From Candidatus Sulfomarinibacteraceae bacterium (GTDB lineage: Bacteria; Acidobacteriota; Thermoanaerobaculia; Thermoanaerobaculales; Sulfomarinibacteraceae), in the NCBI GenBank assembly GCA_963796455.1, contig CAWCLO010000008.1, forward strand, positions 64,001-128,000: 64,000 nucleotides of DNA, given 5' to 3'. Below the pieces are notes generated by a model that was not told the DNA's origin, did not search any database, and saw nothing but the letters and a program-made list of their open reading frames with translations. Of this stretch, positions 49,652 to 58,374 are shown in pieces (position 1 is the stretch's first letter; each line of letters starts with the position of its first letter). Both the position numbers and the translations under genes were made by a program.

Positions 49652-50248
49652 CTACCGGATCTGGGTCTGTTCCCCGAGTTCGAAGGGAATCCGGGCCGTG
49701 CTCTCTTCGAGATCGATCATCAGCACCCATCTTCCAGCCTGGACTCCCACCATTGGAGTGAAGACGAGCGGTCCGCTGCACCACTGATCCGTCTGCAGAC
49801 GGATGGAGGACCGATCTGCAAAAGTTCCGGCCGGGGCCAAAAACCACACTTCGCAGGCCCGGCCGAGCCCTTCGAGGCGGCGCGCCGGCGGCCCCCAGGC
49901 ATCCATTGATTCGAGAGCGATTCGGATTTTGGGAGCAACGCGCTGGAATTCTTTTCTTTCCATCAGAGGCAGTTCGCGCCCGTCATTCGTGCGAACCCTG
50001 ATGTTCTTGGCGTCGACCGTCGGAGACCCACCAGGGGCGGCGGTGAGCGAAATTTTGAGAACCAGCCACTCGTGGCCGAGGTGGTCGCTCGCCCAACGAT
50101 AGATCAGCTCGGCCTTGATTTCAGGCCCGTCGTAGAGGGCGACATAGCGGGAACTCTGGGTGACTCCAGGGGTATCGGTGGGATAAGAAGTCGAGCACGC
50201 GGCCAGGATCGTGAGGATCGGAAAGAGAAGGAGCCGATGTGTCCGCAT
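49652..50248 (-). CDS. Hypothetical lipoprotein
   Basis: GGAGG RBS; lipobox MRTHRLLLFPILTILAAC. Confidence 0.75.
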   Translation of the reverse strand: MRTHRLLLFPILTILAACSTSYPTDTPGVTQSSRYVALYDGPEIKAELIYRWASDHLGHEWLVLKISLTAAPGGSPTVDAKNIRVRTNDGRELPLMERKEFQRVAPKIRIALESMDAWGPPARRLEGLGRACEVWFLAPAGTFADRSSIRLQTDQWCSGPLVFTPMVGVQAGRWVLMIDLEESTARIPFELGEQTQIR

Positions 50249-50287
50249 GAGACCTCCGGGCAAAAGTATACGAAGACCCGCAGGCGA

Positions 50288-50435
50288 CGGGTTTGGTTTT
50301 TTGCATATCCGGTTCGCCGTGGCCCCGAGTTCGAGTCCGAGTTCGCGTCCGTGCCCGAGGATTGCAGCGGCAGCGACAGTGTCCAGGGGCAGCGTCAGTG
50401 AACAGCGACAGCGACAGTGAACAGTGTTCAGCGGA
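50288..50435 (-). repeat. Partial element, copy G
   Basis: GGGTTTGGTTTTTTGCATATCCGGTT..GATTGCAGCGGCAGCGACAGTGTCCAG matches the far end of copies D and E. Confidence 0.75.
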
Positions 50436-50446
50436 ACGGCCTCGGC

Positions 50447-51028
50447 TGCTGCGAGGTAGAGAGGCCCCTCACGAAAAGAAAAAGCCGCCCGTTTGGGCGG
50501 CTATGAACTGAAGTGGCGGGGCCGACGAGACTCGACACCGCCGGCGGCTGCGGATGTCGGAGCGCGCAATCGGCAGGGCGGAGTGGGCTGCGACGACCCG
50601 CAGGCGACGGTGCTGCGAGGTAGAGAGGCCCCTCACGAAAAGAAAAAGCCGCCCGTTTGGGCGGCTATGAACTGAAGTGGCGGGGCCGACGAGACTCGAC
50701 ACCGCCGGCGGCTGCGGATGTCGGAGCGCGCAATCGGCAGGGCGGAGTGGGCTGCGACGACCCGCAGGCGACGGTGCTGCGAGGTAGAGAGGCCCCCTCA
50801 CGAAAAGAAAAAGCCGCCCGTTTGGGCGGCTATGAACTGAAGTGGCGGGGCCGACGAGACTCGACACCGCCGGCGGCTGCGGATGTCGGAGCGCGCAATC
50901 GGCAGGGCGGAGTGGGCTGCGACGACCCGCAGGCGACGGTGCTGCGAGGTAGAGAGGCCCCTCACGAAAAGAAAAAGCCGCCCGTTTGGGCGGCTATGAA
51001 CTGAAGTGGCGGGGCCGACGAGACTCGA
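50447..51028 (-). repeat. 164-bp tandem repeat x3.5 containing the tRNA-Asp 3' end and a terminator
   Basis: Units start at 50447, 50611, 50775 and 50940 (the third has one extra C). Each holds TCGAGTCTCGTCGGCCCCGCCA plus AGCCGCCC-AAAC-GGGCGGCT-TTTTCTTTT. Confidence 0.95.
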
Positions 51029-51083
51029 ACTCGCGACCTCAGGCGTGACAGGCCTGCGTTCTAACCAGCTGAACTACGACCCC
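51007..51083 (-). tRNA. tRNA-Asp(GTC)
   Basis: GGGGTCGTAGTTCAGCTGGTTAGAACGCAGGCCT GTC ACGCCTGAGGTCGCGAGTTCGAGTCTCGTCGGCCCCGCCA. Confidence 0.97.
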
Positions 51084-51104
51084 GCACAAACTCTTTCGGG
51101 TCTT

Positions 51105-51180
51105 TGGTGGGAGGTGGGGGATTTGAACCCACGACTCCCTGCGTGTAAGGCAGGTGCTCTGACCCCTGAGCTAACCTCCC
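51105..51180 (-). tRNA. tRNA-Val(TAC)
   Basis: GGGAGGTTAGCTCAGGGGTCAGAGCACCTGCCT TAC ACGCAGGGAGTCGTGGGTTCAAATCCCCCACCTCCCACCA. Confidence 0.96.
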
Positions 51181-51327
51181 GACGGCGAACCGTTGGGAGC
51201 GACATGGTAGAGGCCAACGCGATGCATGTCAACCCTGAAGGGTCGATTTGAACTTCACCGAGGAAGCGGTGGCCGGGGAGAGCGGATCTGCTTTACAACG
51301 CCCGTCGTGATGCAATAACCTGGGTCC

Positions 51328-52446
51328 ATGAGCGACCCTCACGAAATATGGCAATTCGGCCAGTGGATCGCGCGCCGGGAGAGCGGCGCGGCGCGCCTCG
51401 GATGGTCGAACGGCGAGTTGATCCTGCGCCTCCACAACGGACGAATTCGATTCGTCGAGGGTGTTGATCATCTTGAACTCGCGCGCCGGTTGAGTTGTGA
51501 ACCAATCGGCAATGTCGATCTCCTCGAAGAAGCGCGTGCATTGGCCAGGGATCGGCAGATCGCCGAGACCTTTGCCATGGGCGCAGCCAAGGAGCTTTTG
51601 CAGGCCAAACTTCGAGAGTGGTTCCTCGATCCGGAGAGGGAACTCGAAGTCGTCGAGGGTGACCCCGACGAGGTTGCCGGCGCGACGATCTCGATCACTC
51701 ACACCCTGGTCGAACTCGTTCTGTCCGACACCACCGGCAAAACGGCAGCGGCGATCTTGCCCGATCTCGACGTTCTGTTGAGCCGGTCGCCCGATTTTCT
51801 CGATCTCTATGCTCCCCTGCGTCTGTCGGAGGAGGCGGATCTCATCGTCTCCAAGATCACCGGCGAGCGCACCGCCGGCGAGGTGGCCGGTCGATCCGAT
51901 CACGGACTCGACGAGGTCCATCGTTTGTTGGCTGCACTGGTTGTTACCGGGATCCTCGAGCCCGAACCGAGCCTCGTTGTGGACGGTGATGTCGATCTCC
52001 TGCCGATTGACGACCTCGATTCAAGTCCACAGCGGCGAATTCCTGTTATGTGGATCGTAGGAGCGGCCGTTGTGCTGGTGTTGGCTTTGGCAGTCATCGC
52101 CTGGATGACGAGGAAATCAGACCAAACAGCGCCGACGACATCGGCTGAGTCGGTGGAATCGGTTGGACCCGGATGGGCACTGGTCATCGATATGGGTTGC
52201 GAACCTCAGGATTTGCAACGAATTTCGGAGAAGGCCAACGAGGATCCGAAATTGAAACCGGTTGCCGCGGACTCGGGAAACGATGATCCTTGTTGGCGAT
52301 TGGTGTGGGGTCGCTATCCAACACGGAAGGATGCAGCGGCGGCTGTCAGCGAGATTCCGGCCAAGTTCCTCCGGGAGGGATTTGATCCCCGACCCTTAGA
52401 AATCACCGAAGAGGATTTGGATTCACCGTATCCAGCCGGCGGCTGA
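51328..52446 (+). CDS. Membrane protein with DUF4388-like N-terminus and SPOR-like C-terminus
   Basis: ARRESGAARL..LRLHNGRI; TM helix; WRLVWGRYPTRKDAAAA (SPOR-like). Confidence 0.65.
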   Translation: MSDPHEIWQFGQWIARRESGAARLGWSNGELILRLHNGRIRFVEGVDHLELARRLSCEPIGNVDLLEEARALARDRQIAETFAMGAAKELLQAKLREWFLDPERELEVVEGDPDEVAGATISITHTLVELVLSDTTGKTAAAILPDLDVLLSRSPDFLDLYAPLRLSEEADLIVSKITGERTAGEVAGRSDHGLDEVHRLLAALVVTGILEPEPSLVVDGDVDLLPIDDLDSSPQRRIPVMWIVGAAVVLVLALAVIAWMTRKSDQTAPTTSAESVESVGPGWALVIDMGCEPQDLQRISEKANEDPKLKPVAADSGNDDPCWRLVWGRYPTRKDAAAAVSEIPAKFLREGFDPRPLEITEEDLDSPYPAGG

Positions 52447-52451
52447 CCATC

Positions 52452-53999
52452 ATGCCCGAGCCCAAACGTCAACCGCTGCCATCACTGCTGGCTGAACTTG
52501 CGTCGCGCAAATCGACCGGTTCACTGGTGGCTCATTCAGATGGAGAGACTCGGGAGATCCTGCTGACCAATGGCGAGGTCAGGGCATCCCGCTCGCACGT
52601 GGAAAGCGAAAAACTGGGAATGTGGTTGGTGTCCCAGGGCAGAATCAGTGAGGATGACCGCGCGCTGATTCTCCTGGCCCAGGGCGGCGGTGACTCGCCC
52701 CCTCTCGGCCACATCCTGGTGACAAGAGGCTATCTTTCCCGTGAGGAACTCGAACAGGAACTTGAGGACCTGGCCTTGACGATCATCAAACGGGCGTCTT
52801 CCTCACGACGCACGAAATGCGAGTTTGTTGATGGTGGGGGAAAGTCTCAACTCGACACCCTACCCAATGTCGTGACCTCGGAGATCATCCTCATCGCCGC
52901 CCGCGCGTGTGCTGACGATGAAGCGATTCGGACCGTCATCGGCTCACCGAATCAGCCGGTTCGTTTGTCCAGTGCTCTCAGCGACATGCTCGAAGACGTC
53001 CAGTTGACACCGACCGAAGGCTTTCTCTTGAGTCGGATCGACAGCGCCAGCGACGTCGCAGGTCTGATTCAACTTTCGGGTTTGCCGGAGAGCGAAACTT
53101 TTACCACGCTCTATACATTGATGATGTCGGGAACGGTGGAAATCAGTGGCGTTGAACCGGTTACGATCGACCACAAGGTGGTGGGGGACGAGGAGTCGCC
53201 ACCCGTGCGCGGTGGCGACGATCCGGAGGCCGCGGCGGTTGATCAGATCGAGTTCTCGGATCGCCAGCTCGAAGAACGACGCCATATCCGCAGACTCGCC
53301 GACGACATCACCAAGGTCGATCACTACCGGGCGCTCGGGCTCAGACGAGAGGCCAAACCGAACGAGATCAAAGACGCGTGGGACAAGATCCAGGGCCGTT
53401 ATTCCCCCGAGATGAGCGGGCCGCATCTGCTTGACATGATTCCCCATCTCGAGAGGATCGTCGAACGCGGCAGGGTCGCCTACGATCTTTTGTCTTCCTT
53501 CAAAGATCGACAACGCTACGACAAAATCCTCGATACGATGGAAGACGAACGGACGGCAGTCGAACAGACCCGAAAGGGCGACGTCGACCCGGCGGCGCGC
53601 AAGGCTCTGGTCGAAGCCAACCTCAAACGCGCCAACGAGCTGATCAAGCAGGACGAACTCTATCTGGCGATCCAACTTCTCGAACAGGCCTGTGCTCTCG
53701 ACCCCCGGCCCGAAGAGCTGCTCAAGCTCGCCAAGCTTCTGCAACGCAACCCCCTCTGGGTCAACCGCTCCCTGGCTTGCATGAGGCGGGCGATCGAGGC
53801 GAATCCACGGTATGTGGAGGCGTGGCTCGAGCTCGCCTCATTCTGGCGCCGGCGAAACCACTCGGAACGCCAGCGTAAATCGCTCGAACGCGCTTTGGCG
53901 ATCGATCCCGATAATGTCCTCGCCAACCAGATGTACAAGGAGCTTGTCGGGGCCCGCGAACTGCAGCGTCTGCTGCGCCGCGCCCGGCAGATGCATTGA
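52452..53999 (+). CDS. DUF4388 + degenerate J-domain + TPR protein
   Basis: STGSL..REILLTNGEV..EKLGMWLV..LGHILV; LTPTEGFLLSRID; DHYRALGL..EIKDAW..RYSPE; TPRs. Confidence 0.75.
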   Translation: MPEPKRQPLPSLLAELASRKSTGSLVAHSDGETREILLTNGEVRASRSHVESEKLGMWLVSQGRISEDDRALILLAQGGGDSPPLGHILVTRGYLSREELEQELEDLALTIIKRASSSRRTKCEFVDGGGKSQLDTLPNVVTSEIILIAARACADDEAIRTVIGSPNQPVRLSSALSDMLEDVQLTPTEGFLLSRIDSASDVAGLIQLSGLPESETFTTLYTLMMSGTVEISGVEPVTIDHKVVGDEESPPVRGGDDPEAAAVDQIEFSDRQLEERRHIRRLADDITKVDHYRALGLRREAKPNEIKDAWDKIQGRYSPEMSGPHLLDMIPHLERIVERGRVAYDLLSSFKDRQRYDKILDTMEDERTAVEQTRKGDVDPAARKALVEANLKRANELIKQDELYLAIQLLEQACALDPRPEELLKLAKLLQRNPLWVNRSLACMRRAIEANPRYVEAWLELASFWRRRNHSERQRKSLERALAIDPDNVLANQMYKELVGARELQRLLRRARQMH

Positions 54000-54009
54000 G
54001 CCCTTCGAT

Positions 54010-54456
54010 ATGCCGGTTGTGATCGACGGCAACAATCTCCTCCACGCCACAGTCGGCGCCCGCGACCGGGGAGACGTCCGCCGCCAGGCACTTGAATCGG
54101 TCCGCAACGAGGGGATGGATCTGACCGTCGTTTTCGATGGTCCCCCACCATCCGGTTCGCCCGTCCTCGAGCACCTTGGCCGCGTCACCGTGCACTATGC
54201 GGGAGGCCGGTCCGCCGATGAGGTCATCCTCCAGATCATACCCAACGGCCCGCGCGCCACGGAATGGGTGGTCGTGACCGACGATCGGGAGCTGCGTGAT
54301 CGAGCGCGTGGTCGGGGTGCCCGGATCCGGTCTCTTTCTGAGTGGCGTCGCCGTCGGGTGAGGCGTCCGGTTCGAGCGACCCACGAAGCCAAGCTGTCTC
54401 CGCACGATGTGGCCGACTGGGAGGCATTCTTTGCCCGCAATGAAGATGAAGACTGA
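54010..54456 (+). CDS. NYN-domain (YacP/Rae1-like) ribonuclease
   Basis: VIDGNNLL, VVFDG, SADEVI, VVTDDREL. Confidence 0.85.
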   Translation: MPVVIDGNNLLHATVGARDRGDVRRQALESVRNEGMDLTVVFDGPPPSGSPVLEHLGRVTVHYAGGRSADEVILQIIPNGPRATEWVVVTDDRELRDRARGRGARIRSLSEWRRRRVRRPVRATHEAKLSPHDVADWEAFFARNEDED

Positions 54457-54546
54457 AGCTGGGCTTTTGTAGGCTTGCCACTTGGCATCATGGGGAGTGG
54501 CTAGTACACTCCCGCCGCAACGAACAGTCGAGGGAGGATCCGAATC

Positions 54547-56103
54547 ATGAACGATACCCTGAATGACCTCAAGAAATCATTTGCAGACCTCGGAATCGAT
54601 ATCGAGTTTGGAATCGAAAAATCGAATATCGGCGCCTGTACGGGCGATTGGATCGTCGCCGACGATATGCACGAGGTGGTCACGCTCAATCCAACCGACG
54701 GCGAGCCCATCGCATCGGTGATCCAGGCCGATGAGGGCGCGTACAAAAACGTGGTTGCGGCTGCCAAAGAGAGTTTCAAGACCTGGCGGATGATGCCGGC
54801 TCCGATGCGCGGCGAAGTCGTGCGCGAACTCGGCAACGAACTGCGGCGCGCCAAAGATCCGCTCGGCCGTCTGGTATCGCTCGAGATGGGCAAGATTCTC
54901 TCGGAAGGGCTCGGAGAGGTCCAGGAGATGATCGACATGTGTGATTTTGCGGTCGGTCTCTCGAGGCAGCTCTACGGCCCGAACATGATGTCCGAGCGCC
55001 CCCGTCACCGGATGTACGAACAGTGGCATCCGCTGGGAGTCGTGGGCATCATCACCGCCTTCAACTTTCCGGTTGCGGTGTGGGCATGGAATGCGGCGCT
55101 CGCGGCGGTGTGCGGCAACACGATGATCTGGAAACCCTCCTCCGATACGCCTCTGACCGCGGTTGCCGTGCAACACATCTGCAATCGGGTGATGGCGCGC
55201 CACGGTCTGCACGGCGTTTTCAATCTCGCCATCGGCCCCGGCAGAGTGGTCGGCGAGACGATGATCAACGATTCGGACGTTCCTCTGATCTCCTTTACCG
55301 GTTCCACCAAGATGGGCCGCCACGTCAACGAGACCACTGCCCGCAGATTCGGACGCAACATCCTCGAGCTTGGCGGGAACAATGCAATCATCGCCGCCGA
55401 GGACGCCGATATCGAACTCGTGGTTCGCGCCGTGCTCTTTGCGGCGGTCGGCACGGCCGGTCAGCGCTGCACCAGCCTTCGCCGTTTGTTCCTGCAGAAA
55501 TCCATCGCCAAAGAGGTCATCGACCGGCTGCTCAAGGCCTATCCGTCGATCACCATCGGCGACCCCCTCGCCGACGGAGTCCTCATGGGTCCCCTGGTGA
55601 ATCAGCGCGCCGTCGAGGATCACTTCGCGGCCCTTGACGCAATCCGCGAGCAGGGTGGCGAGATTCTGTGCGGCGGCGGGAAGCCGGATCGCAGCGGTTT
55701 CTTTGTCGAGCCGACGATCGTCAAGGCCAACGCACAGATGGAGATCACGCGCCAGGAGACCTTTGCACCGATTCTCTATGTCTTCGAGTATGGTGATTTC
55801 GACGAGGCGATGGCCCTGCACAACTCGGTTGATCAGGGGCTGTCATCCGCCGTCTTCACTGAGAGCGTCCGGACTTCGGAGCGCTTTTTGTCCCATGAAG
55901 GCTCGGATTGTGGAATCGCCAACGTCAATATCGGCACCTCGGGCGCCGAGATCGGTGGCGCCTTCGGTGGCGAGAAAGAAACCGGTGGTGGCCGCGAGGC
56001 GGGCTCCGACGCATGGAAGGGCTATATGCGGCGCCAGACCTGCACCATCAACTGGGGCGGCGAGCTTCCCCTGGCGCAGGGCGTGGAGTTTGACGTCGAG
56101 TAG
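54547..56103 (+). CDS. Aldehyde dehydrogenase family 7 (AmaB/antiquitin-like)
   Basis: EGLGEVQEMIDMCDFAVGLSRQLYG, ITAFNFPVAVW, LELGGNN, GTAGQRCT, SGAEIGGAFGGEKETGGGRE. Confidence 0.93.
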   Translation: MNDTLNDLKKSFADLGIDIEFGIEKSNIGACTGDWIVADDMHEVVTLNPTDGEPIASVIQADEGAYKNVVAAAKESFKTWRMMPAPMRGEVVRELGNELRRAKDPLGRLVSLEMGKILSEGLGEVQEMIDMCDFAVGLSRQLYGPNMMSERPRHRMYEQWHPLGVVGIITAFNFPVAVWAWNAALAAVCGNTMIWKPSSDTPLTAVAVQHICNRVMARHGLHGVFNLAIGPGRVVGETMINDSDVPLISFTGSTKMGRHVNETTARRFGRNILELGGNNAIIAAEDADIELVVRAVLFAAVGTAGQRCTSLRRLFLQKSIAKEVIDRLLKAYPSITIGDPLADGVLMGPLVNQRAVEDHFAALDAIREQGGEILCGGGKPDRSGFFVEPTIVKANAQMEITRQETFAPILYVFEYGDFDEAMALHNSVDQGLSSAVFTESVRTSERFLSHEGSDCGIANVNIGTSGAEIGGAFGGEKETGGGREAGSDAWKGYMRRQTCTINWGGELPLAQGVEFDVE

Positions 56104-56169
56104 GCGAGTCGACGGGGCAGGTTTCGAGACAACACGGCCGGTCCTCGAAGCTGGGGGCCGGTTCGGGCT

Positions 56170-58374
56170 CTATTCGATCAGATAGAGGTGCTCGGTGATC
56201 CCCTCGATTGAAGCGGTTCCGGCCGTCGGCACGATCCGCACGCGGGCGATGGTGAAATCGAGTTCGAGATCCGGGCCCTCGATGTTGTCGATTGAAAACC
56301 GGCTTTCGATGTTCGTCAGCGGCACCGCAGCTTCGAGGGAATAGTGGATTCTGATTGATTCGCCGACCGTCAAGCGGTCGGTTCGCACGTATTCCTGCCG
56401 TCGTCCGACGATGAGATCGTGGTGGAATCTGATGGATCCTTGCTCCCCCGTCAGTCTGGCCTCGATCTCGAAGTCGGCGCGGGTGCCGGCGTCAATGGTC
56501 AGAAACTGACCGCCGAACACGAATTGTTCGTCGGCGTCGGCCCAAACCGGCATCGGCCCGACCGGAGTCAATTGCAGCTCTCGGGCCGCAGATTTCAGCA
56601 CCTGACTGTTGAGGCTCTTGACCACACCTTCGGTCAGCCATCCGAGACGGGCCGGGTCCGTTGGTTGCAGATCGATGCCGGGAGCAAACAGGGTCTGAGA
56701 GAGATCAGAGGCGACACAGGCTTGCAGGTCTTCTGAACAGACCGCGATCCTTTGATCCCGCGAGAGCCCGGCGACGATGTGCAGGTGGGTGTTGCCCCAC
56801 AAGATTTGTCGCGGCTCCCGGTAGCTGCGAAAAACCGAGCGGCCGCCAAAACCGAGCGATGGATCTGCCAGGCCGAGAGCGTCCAGAATCGAGATCGGCA
56901 GGTCGAGTTGCATTGCCGGATGGTCGAAAATCCGGGGCGAAGCGCCTGGATGGAGAACCACCAGAAAGCCCCAGGCCTGGAGAAAGGAATTGGCGATGTC
57001 GCTGTCCCCGGGGACGAGCTCTCTCGATTCGTCGCTGGTCAGAATGATGAGGGTGTCGTCAGGCACTCCCATCTCTTCGAGGCTGTCGAAGAACTCGCCG
57101 AGTGCTTGATCGAGATACTCCATCGCCCACCCGGGACTGTGCTGCGCGTAGGATCCCTTGAATTCAGGAGGTGGGTTGAAGGGATGGTGGGTGCCAACCG
57201 TCAACAGGGTGAGAAACCACGGTTGCTCGCTACGCTGCAGCTCTTCGATCTTCTCGACACTCTGCTCGAGGAACGCGCGGTCGTCGATGCCCCAATGATT
57301 GCGGTGATAGTAGCGATCGAAAGACGTATCGCCGGCCGCTTTCGAGAAGCCGGCCTGGGGCATGAATTGATCTTTCAACATGAAGGCCATCGGTGCGGCC
57401 TGGAGATATGTGGTGGAATGCCCACCCGCTCGCAACGCCGCCGGCAGACAATCGAGGGCCGCCGAGCCGGCGAGTTCGGTCATTTTGGGTTCGGATGTGA
57501 CGAGCTTCGGGTAGTCGCCGCAGAGCAGGGCGTACTCGCCTCGATTTGTCTGACGCTGGTGAGCGACGAAACTCGACCACGCCATCCCGCGTCGGGCCAG
57601 TCGGTCGAGTTCGGGCATTTCGATGGTCGTGTTCGCACCATGACGATCGCGGAGGGTCGGAATATAGGCTCCCGACACTCCCTCCAGAATCACCAGCAGC
57701 ACGTTGGTTGTATGAGGCAGTTGCTCGATGACGAGCTCACCGTCGAGATCCGCCTCGACGGTACGATCGATGGTGGCGGGTTGTTTCCCGGGCGGGGAGG
57801 CGCTGCCGAACAAATTGCTTGTCTGGGCGAGGACGAAGTTGGTCTGCCGCCACGATGCAACGGTCTGTTCTCGGGGCCAGATCAGACTGAGTGCGATCAG
57901 CGGCAGAGCGGCCAGCAGTAGGTATCGCACCGGGAACTGCCGTCGATTCCTCGTGATCCACCACAACGTGAACCATGCTCCAATGACGACGGCGACCAAC
58001 AACAAAGGACGGGCCGGGGCCATGACCGAGGCGCGAAAGAAAGTCGGGTCGGCCAGGTAGCCGGAGTGGGCGAGGGCGACCATCGATCCGAGCTCCCGGA
58101 TGTGTTCGTAGTTGGCAAAGCTGAGGAGGATCCAGATGGTGCCGAGCACGAGGGCCGCCCAACGCCCGTGCTTCGAGGCACTGATCAGGGCGCCGAGGCC
58201 GGCTGCGATCACCAACGACACCGCGAGATCGGCCGTCAGACCGAAAAGATCATTTCGGCCGAGCCCCAGCTGAAGGTCGACCAGAAGCGCCATTCTGACG
58301 ATCAGAGGGGGCAGTAGCGCCACGAGGACCAGGAGCGCCAGCGGTCGGCGGGGAGATCCGTCGCGGCCTGTCAA
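56170..58374 (-). CDS. LTA synthase / MdoB-family membrane phosphotransferase
   Basis: About 5 N-terminal TM helices; NVLLVILEG, QTNRGE (Thr nucleophile), WGIDD, TVGTHHPF, YLDQALGEF, TSDE. Confidence 0.8.
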   Translation of the reverse strand: MTGRDGSPRRPLALLVLVALLPPLIVRMALLVDLQLGLGRNDLFGLTADLAVSLVIAAGLGALISASKHGRWAALVLGTIWILLSFANYEHIRELGSMVALAHSGYLADPTFFRASVMAPARPLLLVAVVIGAWFTLWWITRNRRQFPVRYLLLAALPLIALSLIWPREQTVASWRQTNFVLAQTSNLFGSASPPGKQPATIDRTVEADLDGELVIEQLPHTTNVLLVILEGVSGAYIPTLRDRHGANTTIEMPELDRLARRGMAWSSFVAHQRQTNRGEYALLCGDYPKLVTSEPKMTELAGSAALDCLPAALRAGGHSTTYLQAAPMAFMLKDQFMPQAGFSKAAGDTSFDRYYHRNHWGIDDRAFLEQSVEKIEELQRSEQPWFLTLLTVGTHHPFNPPPEFKGSYAQHSPGWAMEYLDQALGEFFDSLEEMGVPDDTLIILTSDESRELVPGDSDIANSFLQAWGFLVVLHPGASPRIFDHPAMQLDLPISILDALGLADPSLGFGGRSVFRSYREPRQILWGNTHLHIVAGLSRDQRIAVCSEDLQACVASDLSQTLFAPGIDLQPTDPARLGWLTEGVVKSLNSQVLKSAARELQLTPVGPMPVWADADEQFVFGGQFLTIDAGTRADFEIEARLTGEQGSIRFHHDLIVGRRQEYVRTDRLTVGESIRIHYSLEAAVPLTNIESRFSIDNIEGPDLELDFTIARVRIVPTAGTASIEGITEHLYLIE

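Noticed and set aside
50447..51028. CRISPR array
   Set aside because: The units are identical over their whole 164 bp, with no unique spacers and no cas genes.
50469..51251. Short ORFs within the tandem repeat and tRNAs
   Set aside because: They are by-products of the repeat and the tRNA antisense strand, and their frames differ between units.
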